64,000 nt of DNA from an uncultured Candidatus Entotheonella sp. (GTDB taxonomy: Bacteria > Tectomicrobia > Entotheonellia > Entotheonellales > Entotheonellaceae), in contig OZ244252.1 in NCBI GenBank assembly GCA_965217185.1, positions 2,944,001-3,008,000 of the forward strand, read 5' to 3'. The notes under the pieces are model-generated. The model made no database searches and was not told the DNA's origin. It worked only from the letters and a program-made list of their open reading frames with translations. The translations under genes and the position numbers were made by a program. Numbering within the stretch: the stretch's first letter is position 1; every line of letters begins with the position of its first letter. This document shows positions 21,871-31,710 of this stretch, one piece after another.

Positions 21871-23214
21871 GTGGAAATCTTGAACAAAGCAACCCGAATC
21901 AGCCTGTTCAGCCTCAAGACGCCGCAGATGCGGGCATTCCACATGACGTGGTTCGCCTTTTTCCTGTGCTTCTTCGGCTGGTTCGGCATCGCGCCGCTGA
22001 TGGCCATCGTGCGCGAGGACCTGATGCTGACCAAGGCGCAGGTCGGCAACACCATTATCGCCTCGGTGGCCATCACCGTGCTGGTGCGGCTCCTGATCGG
22101 ACCGCTGTGCGACAAGTTCGGCTCGCGGCTCACCTACACGTGGCTGCTGATCCTCGGCTCGCTGCCGGTCATGGGCATCGGCCTAGCGCAAAGCTACGAA
22201 TCGTTCCTGCTGTTCCGGCTGGCCATCGGCGCTATCGGCGCGTCGTTCGTCATTACGCAGTACCACACCTCGATGATGTTCGCCCCCAACTGCGTGGGCA
22301 CCGCCAACGCCACCACCGCCGGGTGGGGCAACCTCGGCGGCGGCGTTACGCAGATGGTCATGCCGCTGATGTTCTCGGCGTTCCTGATGCTGGGCGTCGG
22401 CAAGTTCGTGAGCTGGCGGCTCGCTATGATCATCCCCGGCGCCGTGCTGTTCGTCACCGGCATCGCCTACTACTTCTTCACCCAGGACGCCCCGGACGGC
22501 AATTACCGCGACCTGCGGGCTCAGGGCCGCATGGCGCCGCGCAGCGATAAATCGTACGGCTCCTTTACGGCGGCGGCCAAAGACTACCGGGTGTGGGCGC
22601 TGTTCGTGGTCTACGCCGCGTGCTTCGGCATTGAGCTGACCATCAACAACGTGGCGGCTCTGTATTTCCACGACCGCTTCGAGCTCAGCGTCGGCACCGC
22701 CGGTCTCATCGCCGGCCTGTTCGGCCTGATGAACATCTTCGCCCGTACTCTGGGCGGCATCTTTTCGGACACCTTCGCGCGCCGCGGCGGGCTGCGCGGC
22801 CGGGTGTGGTTTCTCGGATGCGTGCTGCTGCTCGAAGGCGTGACGCTGATGGTCTTCTCCCGCATGCCGGCGCTGGGCATCGCGGTCGGCGCCATGATCG
22901 TCTTCAGCCTCTTCGTACAGATGTCCGAGGGCGCCACCTACGGCATCGTGCCGTTCATCAACAAGAAAGCGGTCGGCCCGGTGGCCGGTATCGTCGGCGC
23001 CGGCGGCAACGCCGGGGCGGTGGCGGCCGGCTTCCTGTTCCGGGTTGAATCGCTGGCCACCCAGGACGCCCTGCTGATCCTCGGCATCGCCGTGGCGGTG
23101 TCGTCGAGCCTGGCGCTGTGCGTGCGCTTCTCGCCCGAGGTGGAGGCAGAGGAGAAAGCCGCCTTCGCCGCGGCCCTGGCGCAGCGCGAGGAAGCTCTGA
23201 GCACGGCAGCGTAA
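21871..23214 (+). CDS. narK: NarK/NRT2-family MFS nitrate/nitrite transporter
   Basis: AFHMTWFAFFLCFFGWF, nitrate signature GTANATTAGWGNLGGG, GIVGAGGNAG. Confidence 0.95.
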   Translation: MEILNKATRISLFSLKTPQMRAFHMTWFAFFLCFFGWFGIAPLMAIVREDLMLTKAQVGNTIIASVAITVLVRLLIGPLCDKFGSRLTYTWLLILGSLPVMGIGLAQSYESFLLFRLAIGAIGASFVITQYHTSMMFAPNCVGTANATTAGWGNLGGGVTQMVMPLMFSAFLMLGVGKFVSWRLAMIIPGAVLFVTGIAYYFFTQDAPDGNYRDLRAQGRMAPRSDKSYGSFTAAAKDYRVWALFVVYAACFGIELTINNVAALYFHDRFELSVGTAGLIAGLFGLMNIFARTLGGIFSDTFARRGGLRGRVWFLGCVLLLEGVTLMVFSRMPALGIAVGAMIVFSLFVQMSEGATYGIVPFINKKAVGPVAGIVGAGGNAGAVAAGFLFRVESLATQDALLILGIAVAVSSSLALCVRFSPEVEAEEKAAFAAALAQREEALSTAA

Positions 23215-23378
23215 TGGCCGCCTTCTCAACCAGGTAGGCCACTGAGCGCCGGCCGCGCCCCGGCCCTCGCAGCGGCTCTTTCCGTGTGTGTTCCCCTCCT
23301 TCGCACAGGGAAAGGCATGCAGGCGAGGCTCCACCGGGGCGGGTTGGCGCTCACAATTCACAGAGGGGAGGGGGGATC

Positions 23379-26300
23379 ATGAAAACGATGGACACACACG
23401 ATGGACGCCGAAACGTTGTTGTAATCGGCAACGGCATGGTCGGGCAGCGCTTCTGCGAGCAACTCGTCGAGCGCGACACCAAGCGGCAATTCCGGCTGAT
23501 CACCTTCTGCGAAGAGCCCCGCGCGGCCTATGACCGGGTCGGGCTCACCTCGTTTTTCGCGCACCGCGACGCGCAGAAACTCATGATGGCCAAAATGGCC
23601 TGGTACGAAGCCAACGGCGTGGAACTGCACGTCGGCGACCGCGCCAGCGACATCGACCGCCAAGCCAAGGTGGTGCGCTCCGACAAGGGCGTCGAGGTGA
23701 GCTACGACACGGTGGTGCTGGCCACGGGGTCCTTCCCGTTCGTGCCGCCGCTGCCTGGCATCGAAAAGCGCGGCGTGTTTGTCTACCGTACCCGAGGACC
23801 TGGAGAGAATTATCGACTACGGCAACGGGGTGAAGCGCGCCGCCGTCATCGGCGGCGGCCTGCTCGGCCTCGAGGCGGCCAAGGCGGCGTACGACCTCAG
23901 CCTGCAAACGCACGTGGTGGAATTCGCCCCGCGCCTGATGCCGCGGCAGATCGACGACGCCGGCTCGCGCGTCCTGGTGCGCAAGATTGAAGACCTCGGC
24001 GTCCGCGTGCACCTCAACAAAGCCACCCAAGAGGTGCTCGGCAACGGCCGCGTGGCCGGCATGCGCTTTCAGGACGGCGACGTGCTGGACGTGGACATGA
24101 TTATCGTGTCTGCCGGCATTCGGCCGCGCGACGATCTGGCGCGCGCCTGCGGCATTGAGGTCGGCGAGCGCGGCGGCGTGGCGGTCAACGACCTGCTGCA
24201 AACCTCCGACCCGTCCATCTACGCCATCGGTGAAGTGGCCCTGCACGGCGGCATGATCTACGGCCTGGTGGCGCCGGGCTACGAGATGGCTGAGATCGTC
24301 GCCGCCAACCTCACCGGCGGCGACGCCCGCTTCCAAGGCGCCGACCTGTCCACCAAGCTGAAGCTCATGGGCGTGGACGTCGCCAGCTTCGGCGACTACG
24401 AAGCCGGTGCCGAAACCGCCCATCCGCTGACCTGGGAAGACCCCTTCGACGGCGTCTACAAGAAGCTGCTGTTCAGCCCCGACGGCACCCGGCTGCTCGG
24501 CGGCGTGCTGGTCGGCGACGCCGGCGACTACGGCACCCTGTCCGTGTTGGCCAAGAGCGGCGAGCCGCTGCCGTGCCGCCCCAACGCGTTGATCCTGGGC
24601 AGCTCGGGCGGCGCCGGGGCGCTGGTCGGCGTCGACGCGATGGCCGATTCGGCGCAGATCTGCTCCTGTAACAACGTCACCAAGGGCGCCATCTGCGACG
24701 CCATGCGCGAGCAGGACATCGCCTCCTTGGCGAATCTCAAAGCCGCCACCCGGGCCGGCACCGGCTGCGGCGGCTGCATGCCCCTGGTCACCGACCTGTT
24801 TAACGGCGCCATGGCCGCGGCCGGCGTCGCTATCAGCCATCATATGTGCGAGCACTTCCCGTATTCGCGCATCGAGCTGTTCGCCATCATCAAGGCCAAG
24901 AAGCTGAAGACGTTCGACGAGATCATCCGCCAATACGGCAGCGGCACCGGCTGCGAGGTGTGCAAGCCGGCCGTCACTTCCATCCTGGCGGCGCTGTGGA
25001 ACGAGACGATCAGCAACGCGGCGCACCACACCCTGCAGGACACCAACGACCGCTTCCTCGCCAACATGCAGCGCGGCGGGCTGTACTCGGTGATTCCGCG
25101 CGTGCCGGGCGGCGAGATTACCCCCGACAAGCTCATCGCCCTGGGCGAGACGGCACGGGACTACGGCCTCTACACCAAGATCACCGGCGGCCAGCGCATC
25201 GATCTGTTCGGCGCCCAGTTGCAAAACCTGCCGGACATCTGGGAGAAGCTTGTGGACGCGGGCTTCGAGAGCGGCCACGCCTACGGCAAGGCGCTGCGTA
25301 CCGTCAAGAGCTGCGTCGGCACCACCTGGTGCCGCTACGGCGTGCAGGATTCGGTCGCCTTCGCGGTGCGCGTAGAGAATCGCTACAAAGGCATACGGGC
25401 GCCGCACAAGATCAAGAGCGCCGTGTCCGGCTGCGTGCGCGAGTGCGCCGAGGCGCAAGGCAAGGATTTCGGGCCTGGTGGCCACCGAGCGCGGTTACAA
25501 TCTGTACGTCGGCGGCAACGGCGGCGCCAAGCCCCGGCACGCCGACCTGCTGGCCGCCGACGTCGACGAGGAAACCGCCATCCGCTACATCGACCGCTTC
25601 CTCATGTATTACATCATGACCGCCGACAAGCTGACCCGCACCGCGGTGTGGCTCGACAAGATGGCGGGCGGCGTGGAACACCTGCGCGAGGTCATCATCG
25701 ACGACAAGCTCGGCATCTGCGGCGAGCTCGATTCCATGATGCAGTTCCTGGTCGATTCGTACCGCTGCGAGTGGGCCGACGTGGTCAACGATCCCGAAAA
25801 GCGGCGGCTCTTCCGGCAGTTTGTGAACACCGACGCCACCGAGCCGACGATCGAAATCGTCTCCGAGCGCGGCCAACGGCGGCCGGCCGACTGGCCGACG
25901 GAAGCGGTGTCCTTGCAGCAGATCGAGGTGCTCGACCGTCTGGTGAACGACGATGGCGACACCGAGCGCGCCTGGGTCATGGTCGGCACGGCGGACGATT
26001 TTCCGCCCGACGGCGGCGCCACCATCAAGTACGGCGGCGTGCAGATTGCCGTGTTCAACTTCAGCAGCCGCGGCGAGTGGTACGCCAGCCAGCAGATGTG
26101 CCCGCACAAGAAAGCCTTCGTGCTGTCGCGCGGCGTCCTCGGCGACGTCGGCGGGGTGCCGAAAATCGCCTGCCCGCTGCACAAGAAAACATTTTCGCTC
26201 GAATCCGGCGCCTCGCTGGGCGGCGAGGATTACGGGCTGCAGGTGTTCCCGGTCAAGGTCGAGAACGGCGAGGTGTATCTGCACCTGCCGCCGACCGAGG

Positions 26301-26443
26301 CGCTGGAGCGCTCTCTGGCCACCGAGATCGGCTGCGAAATGGCAACCGCGTGCAGCGCCGGTGACGGCATGCAGTTGTTGCCGGTCCACAGCGCAGCGGA
26401 GTCGAGCGTATTCAATACAAACAGCATGAGCGTCAGCGAATGA
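23379..26443 (+). pseudogene. nirB: NAD(P)H-nitrite reductase NirB fused to a NirD Rieske domain, broken by two frameshifts (~23791 and ~25471)
   Basis: Frame 1 VVIGNGMVG...GVFVYRT; frame 2 EDLERI...GGGLLGLEAA...KSCVGTTWCRYG...SGCVRECAEAQGKDF; frame 3 VATERGYNLYVGGNGG...CPH...CPLH. A sequencing artefact is not excluded. Confidence 0.85.
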
Positions 26444-28158
26444 TGCTAAGGGTGAGCGCCATGAGCCTGCAAACCGAAACCGTCTGCGCCCCGCCGCCGC
26501 CGTCCGAGCCCGAGCCGCTTGCCCGCCCCCTGCCGATGCTGGACGCCTATCTCGCCGCGCAGCAGGACTTGTCCGCGGTCGAACGCTTCGCGCAATTGCA
26601 CGAGCACGGCGCCGAGCCATTGCAGGAGCCGTATTACCGCAGCCTGATGCCGGTGTCGCCGCCCGCCGCCGGGCAGCAATACAGCTTCGAGGTGGACCTC
26701 GACCGCTGTTCCGGCTGCAAGGCGTGCGTCACGGCGTGCCACAGCCTGAACGGCCTGGAGGCGGGCGAGACGTGGCGCTCCGTGGGTCTGCTGCACGGCG
26801 GCAGCCCGACGGATGCGATGCAAAAGACGGTAACCACCACCTGCCACCACTGCCTGGAGCCCGCCTGCATGCACGGCTGTCCGGTGGGCGCCTACGAGAA
26901 GGACCCGCTGACCGGCATCGTGCACCACCTCGACGACCAGTGCATCGGCTGCCAGTACTGCCTGTTCACCTGCCCCTACGAGGTGCCGCAGTACAGCGCC
27001 AAGCTCGGCATCGTGCGCAAGTGCGACATGTGCGCCGGACGGCTGGCGGAGGGCGAAGCGCCGGCCTGCGTGCAGGCGTGCCCCAACGAGGCCATCGCCA
27101 TTGGCGTCATCGACAAGGCCGCGGCCATCGAAGACGCGCAGGGCGACGCCTTCCTGCCCGGCGTGCCGTCGCCGGGGATTACCGTGCCGACGACGCGCTA
27201 CACGACGACTGACGTGTTCCCGCGCAACATGCTGCCGGCGGATTTCTACGCCGTCCGGCCGGGCCACCAGCACCTGACGCTGGTTATCATGCTGGTGCTG
27301 ACGCAGTTGTCGGTGGGCGCCTTCTGCTTCAACCAGTTGCTGCCGCTGTGGCTCGGCGAGGCGAGCCTGGCGGTGCTGCGACCCTTCCACGGCGTGCTGG
27401 CGCTGGGGCTCGGCCTGCTCGCCATGCTGGCCAGCACCGTGCATCTCGGGCGCCCGCAATACGCCTGGCGCGCCTTTATCGGCCTGCGCACCTCGTGGCT
27501 GAGCCGCGAGATCATCGCCTTCGCCGCCTTTGCGCTGCTGACGACACTGTACGCCGCGGCGCTCTATTCATCGCAAGACGCGGCGGGCCTGGAAGCGCTG
27601 GGTTACGCCACCGCCGGGGTCGGCGTGGCGGCGGTGTTCAGCTCGGTAATGCTGTATCACGTCACGCACCGCAGATGGTGGAGCGGCGGTCGCACCGGCT
27701 TCAAATTCGCGCTCACGAGCGCCGGGCTTGGGCTGGCCACCATTCTGTCCGGCACCTTCAGTGTGGCGGTCATCAGCGGCCAGCCGCTCAGCGCCGAGCT
27801 TATTGCCTTCGGACGCAGCGGCGCCCAAGGGCTGGCGCTGCTGACGCTGCTCAAGCTGGCCGGTGAGGCGTCGATCCTGTTCCACCTGCGCGACCATCAA
27901 CAGGGCGACTTGAAGCGCACTGCCCTGCTGTTGTGGGGAGAATTGCGTCCTCTGATGCTGTGGCGCTTCTTTCTCGGCGGCCTGGGCGGCGTACTGTTGC
28001 CGCTGGCGCTGCTAATGAACCTGGCGCCGGACAGTCTGGGGGCGGCGCTGAGCGGATCGCTGGTCGGCCTCCTCGCCCTGCTGGCTGCGGAGATTATCGA
28101 GCGCATGACCTTTTTCTCGGCGCTGAGCGCGCCGCGGATGCCGGGAGGAATGCCGTAA
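26440..28158 (+). CDS. Fused 4Fe-4S dicluster (DmsB/NrfC-like) plus DmsC/NrfD-type membrane anchor
   Basis: CSGCKACVTAC, CHHCLEPACMHGCP, CIGCQYCLFTCP, KCDMC...PACVQACP; then multiple TM helices with HLGRP...SWLSREI. Confidence 0.9.
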   Translation: MMLRVSAMSLQTETVCAPPPPSEPEPLARPLPMLDAYLAAQQDLSAVERFAQLHEHGAEPLQEPYYRSLMPVSPPAAGQQYSFEVDLDRCSGCKACVTACHSLNGLEAGETWRSVGLLHGGSPTDAMQKTVTTTCHHCLEPACMHGCPVGAYEKDPLTGIVHHLDDQCIGCQYCLFTCPYEVPQYSAKLGIVRKCDMCAGRLAEGEAPACVQACPNEAIAIGVIDKAAAIEDAQGDAFLPGVPSPGITVPTTRYTTTDVFPRNMLPADFYAVRPGHQHLTLVIMLVLTQLSVGAFCFNQLLPLWLGEASLAVLRPFHGVLALGLGLLAMLASTVHLGRPQYAWRAFIGLRTSWLSREIIAFAAFALLTTLYAAALYSSQDAAGLEALGYATAGVGVAAVFSSVMLYHVTHRRWWSGGRTGFKFALTSAGLGLATILSGTFSVAVISGQPLSAELIAFGRSGAQGLALLTLLKLAGEASILFHLRDHQQGDLKRTALLLWGELRPLMLWRFFLGGLGGVLLPLALLMNLAPDSLGAALSGSLVGLLALLAAEIIERMTFFSALSAPRMPGGMP

Positions 28159-30396
28159 ATGCACGAGCGGGGTGAAACGACGACGATGATCGAGCGCGCC
28201 AGGCGGCTGGTGCGCGACAAGCAGGGCGTACTGACCCGCGACCTGCTGCGCGCGCCCGGCGGTTTCGGCCTGGGACAGGTGCCGCAGCGGCTGCAACCCG
28301 ACGCCACCACGACCGTGGTGTGCGGTTTCTGTTCGATCGGCTGCGGGCTGGACGTGCACTTCAAGCACGGGCAGGCGGTGAACCTGTCGCCGACCACGCA
28401 ATACGCCGTTAACCTGGGCATGGCCTGCCCCAAAGGCTGGGAGGCGCTGACGCCGCTGAGCGCTCCGGACCGCGCCACCTCGCCGATGCTGCGCGACGCC
28501 GGCGGACGGCTGCGGGCGGTGGACTGGCCGACCGCCCTGGACACCTTCGTGAGCCGCATGAAGGGCATCCAGGCGAAGCACGGCAAGGAATCCATCGCCT
28601 TCATCAGCACCGGGCAGATTCCCATGGAGGAGATGGCCCTGCTCGGCGCCCTTGGCAAGTTCGGCATGGGGCTGCTGCACGGCGACGGCAACACCCGCCA
28701 GTGCATGGCCACCTCGGTGGTGGCCTACAAACAGGCATTTGGCTTCGACGCCCCGCCCTATACGTACAAGGACCTCGAAGAATCGGACGTCATCATCTTC
28801 ATCGGCGCCAACCCGTGCATCGCCCACCCGATCCTGTGGGAGCGCGTGTGCAAGAACCCGCACCAGCCGGAGATCGTCGTTATTGACCCGCGGCGCACCG
28901 AAACGGCGCAGGCGGCCACCCGGCACCTGCCGCTGCGGCCCAAGTCGGACCTCGTGCTGCTGTATGCCGTCGCCCACGTGCTGGTGCGCCAGGGATGGAT
29001 CGACCAAGGTTTCATCGACGCGCACACCAGCGATTTCGAGGCGTTCTGCGAGCACCTGAAGGCGTTCACGCCGGAGGTCGCCGCCGAGCAATGCGGGCTG
29101 AGCATCGCCGACATCGAAGGGCTGGCGCGCACGATTCACGACGGCAAACGGGTGTCGTTCTGGTGGACGATGGGCGTGAACCAGAGCCACGAGGGTGTGC
29201 GCACCGCGCAGGCGATCATCAACCTGGCGCTGATGACCGGCAACATCGGCAGGCCCGGCACCGGCGCCAACTCCATCACCGGCCAGTGCAACGCCATGGG
29301 TTCGCGGCTGTTCAGCAACACCACCAACCTGCTCGGCGGCCACGACTTCGCCAACCCGCAACACCGCGACAAAGTCGCCGGTATCCTGGGCATCGACGCG
29401 GCGTGCATCCCCAGCAAGCCGAGCTGGGCCTACGATCAGATCATGGAGGGCATCCTTAAGGGCCGCATCCGCGGGCTATGGGTCATTGCCACCAACACCG
29501 CGCACTCGTGGATCAACCAGGCGGACGCGCACGACATCCTGCAACGGCTGGATTTTCTGGTCGTGCAGGACATGTACCACAGCACCGAGACCGCGGCCTT
29601 CGCCGACCTCGTTCTGCCTGCCGCCGGCTGGGGCGAGAAGGAGGGCGTGTTCATCAACTCCGAACGGCGCCTGGGAGTCATCAAGCAAGTGGCCAAGGCG
29701 CCGGGGCAGGCGCTGAGCGATTTCCGCATTTTCAGATTGATCGCCGAGGCATGGGGCTGCGGCGACATGTTTCGGAAGTGGGAATCGCCGGAAGCTGTTT
29801 TCCGGCTGCTCAGGGCGTGCTCGGCGGGCATGCCGTGCGACATCGGCGGCATCGACGGCTACCGGATGCTGGACGCCAAGGGCGGCATCCAGTGGCCGCT
29901 GCCGGCGGGGGAAAGCGTTGACGCAGGCAGCGAGCGGCGGCTGTTCGAGGACGGCCGGTTCTACACCGACGACGGCCGCGCGCGGTTCGTCTTCGAGGCG
30001 CCGCGTCCGCTGCCCGAACCGACCAGCCCCGCCTATCCGTTCACCCTGCTTACCGGGCGGGGTACCTCGAGCCAGTGGCACACCCAGACGCGAACCAGCA
30101 AGAGTCATGTGCTGCGCAAGCTGTACCCCAACGTGCCGTACGTCGAGCTGAGCCCCAGGGACGCCGCCGACTTGGGCCTGCGCGCCAACGCCTGGGTCAT
30201 CGTGCGCTCGCAGCGTGGCCAGGTGCGGGCGCGGGCGTTCGTCAGCCACGTGGTGCAGCCGGGGCAGGTGTTCATACCCATGCACGACGCGGCGACCAAT
30301 CAGCTTACCTTCGCGGCCTTCGACCCGTATTCGCGGCAGCCGTCGTACAAAGCGTGCGCGGTCCGCATTGAGCCGGCACCCACCGTCAATTCATAA
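28159..30396 (+). CDS. nasA: Assimilatory-type molybdopterin nitrate reductase catalytic subunit (NasA/NarB-like)
   Basis: CGFCSIGCG...CPKG Fe-S motif; NTRQCMATS Mo-Cys ligand; [32 protein letters not shown]; no clear Tat signal. Confidence 0.9.
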   Translation: MHERGETTTMIERARRLVRDKQGVLTRDLLRAPGGFGLGQVPQRLQPDATTTVVCGFCSIGCGLDVHFKHGQAVNLSPTTQYAVNLGMACPKGWEALTPLSAPDRATSPMLRDAGGRLRAVDWPTALDTFVSRMKGIQAKHGKESIAFISTGQIPMEEMALLGALGKFGMGLLHGDGNTRQCMATSVVAYKQAFGFDAPPYTYKDLEESDVIIFIGANPCIAHPILWERVCKNPHQPEIVVIDPRRTETAQAATRHLPLRPKSDLVLLYAVAHVLVRQGWIDQGFIDAHTSDFEAFCEHLKAFTPEVAAEQCGLSIADIEGLARTIHDGKRVSFWWTMGVNQSHEGVRTAQAIINLALMTGNIGRPGTGANSITGQCNAMGSRLFSNTTNLLGGHDFANPQHRDKVAGILGIDAACIPSKPSWAYDQIMEGILKGRIRGLWVIATNTAHSWINQADAHDILQRLDFLVVQDMYHSTETAAFADLVLPAAGWGEKEGVFINSERRLGVIKQVAKAPGQALSDFRIFRLIAEAWGCGDMFRKWESPEAVFRLLRACSAGMPCDIGGIDGYRMLDAKGGIQWPLPAGESVDAGSERRLFEDGRFYTDDGRARFVFEAPRPLPEPTSPAYPFTLLTGRGTSSQWHTQTRTSKSHVLRKLYPNVPYVELSPRDAADLGLRANAWVIVRSQRGQVRARAFVSHVVQPGQVFIPMHDAATNQLTFAAFDPYSRQPSYKACAVRIEPAPTVNS

Positions 30397-30458
30397 CAAA
30401 GACCTACCTGCCACGTCCGGCCAACCCCTGCGCCAGATTGAACACGTTCGGATCAAGA

Positions 30459-30490
30459 TGTAGGTCGGATTAGCGAAGCGTAATCCGACA
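30459..30490. repeat. GTAG-type REP, exact reverse complement of 20719-20750
   Basis: TGTAGGTCGGATTAGCGAAGCGTAATCCGACA, 32/32 identical in inverted orientation. Confidence 0.85.
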
Positions 30491-30606
30491 TTTCACCGCG
30501 TTGCCGCGTTCGGACCGTCAGGACGCAAATGGTGCAACTCCAGTCCAACCGGGTTTTGTGCTAGGATTCCAAGCCGTTCTCGCAGACCCCTCCAAACGAC
30601 AGGGCA

Positions 30607-31341
30607 TTGATAAGGGAAACGGCCTTGGAACCCTCACGACGCGCATACGGACATCGTTCTTGGGTGGGGTGCGTGGTGCTTGCGGCATTGCTGGGCAGTT
30701 GCAGCGCGGCGCATCAATACCACTATGACTACATGCTGAAGGCTTCCGGCGAGCGTGCGGGGGGAGTTGTCGAGAACGACCAAGTGCGGGTGCAGGCGGT
30801 GCCGACGGAGACGTTGGGGGTTGTGCAGTTGGCGGTAATCAACAAGAGCCTGGAACCCGTGGCGGTGGCGTGGCGCGAATCGTACTTCGTCAATCCGCAT
30901 GGGCACCGGCATCAGGCGGTCAATACGGATCAGGGCATCATCCGGGCGCCGGATGCGTCCATGCGCGAGGGCGCGATTGCGCCGGGCGCCACGTGGCGGG
31001 CAATCGTACAGCCGGGGGGCGCCCCAACGACTCAACCGTTCCAGCCTGAGCCGTCGCGCCACCAAGCCGACCGGCGCCTGCCGACCGACATCGACCAGGG
31101 CGGCCTGTCGCCCGTGGACCGGCAACTGGTTCTAAACCCGCTCACCGTAACGCTTTACGAGGGCGGCGAAATGGTGCTCGGCTCCCCTGCCTCATCCTTC
31201 CTTCCCAACGCCGGCAACGCCCCAGCGGTGGCCGAAGCCTACAAAGGCCAGGAATTCCACCTCGTGCTGGGCCTGCAAACCGGCGACGACATCGCGCCCT
31301 ATCGCTTCACCTTCGTCATCACCGACGTCCGGGTGCGCTGA
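30607..31341 (+). CDS. Hypothetical lipoprotein
   Basis: Lipobox VVLAALLGSC; host-like codon usage; the exact start is uncertain. Confidence 0.7.
   Translation: MIRETALEPSRRAYGHRSWVGCVVLAALLGSCSAAHQYHYDYMLKASGERAGGVVENDQVRVQAVPTETLGVVQLAVINKSLEPVAVAWRESYFVNPHGHRHQAVNTDQGIIRAPDASMREGAIAPGATWRAIVQPGGAPTTQPFQPEPSRHQADRRLPTDIDQGGLSPVDRQLVLNPLTVTLYEGGEMVLGSPASSFLPNAGNAPAVAEAYKGQEFHLVLGLQTGDDIAPYRFTFVITDVRVR
31114..31341 (+). repeat. Left copy of a 228-bp direct repeat (3' end of the lipoprotein gene)
   Basis: Aligns without gaps to 34171-34398 with 6 mismatches by manual count. Confidence 0.93.
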
Positions 31342-31564
31342 GGCCGCCCAATCCACTGTACGCGACTCACCTTTAATACCCTGAGTGAGACCCGCCGGCT
31401 CGAAGCTCCGAGCAATCCCCTCGTCATGGCAATCCGTTAGGCCGTTCTAGCCTGCCGCCGCGGTCTCCCGAGCGTCCGGGTCCCCTTCCTGGAACCGTCG
31501 CCTTTCCCTCCGAGCAGGTGGCCATCTGAAGGAACACTCGCGGGGACAGCATCGATCAACATGA

Positions 31565-31646
31565 CGTTGTTCCGAAGTTGTACCAAAAATCCTTAACAGC
31601 GTAGATAGGTTCAAATAAGATTCTCCGGTACAACTCTGGAACAACG
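31565..31646. repeat. 20-bp inverted repeat (18/20) with a 42-bp AT-rich spacer
   Basis: CGTTGTTCCGAAGTTGTACC (31565-31584) and GGTACAACTCTGGAACAACG (31627-31646). Confidence 0.85.
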
Positions 31647-31710
31647 GGCAGTATGACCGAATAAGGGTCAATGGTGCGTCTCTGGAATATCTGGAAAAAA
31701 GGAGAGAATA

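Noticed and set aside
23785..25480. Programmed ribosomal frameshifting in nirB
   Set aside because: No slippery heptamer at either site, and the first site appears to lack coding bases, so mutation or sequencing error is more plausible
20666..30490. CRISPR array interpretation of the 32-bp palindromic repeat
   Set aside because: Only two exact copies, ~9.7 kb apart and inverted; no spacers or cas genes
31347..31443. Possible integron attC site (GCCCAAT...GTTAGGC) at the islet's left edge
   Set aside because: The left core lacks the invariant AAC, L-box pairing is poor, and there is no integron integrase or second cassette
31565..31646. Retron msr/msd or invertible-promoter interpretation of the inverted repeat
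   Set aside because: No reverse transcriptase or invertase in the window, and the 42-bp spacer is short for an inversion switch; kept only as an unexplained IR
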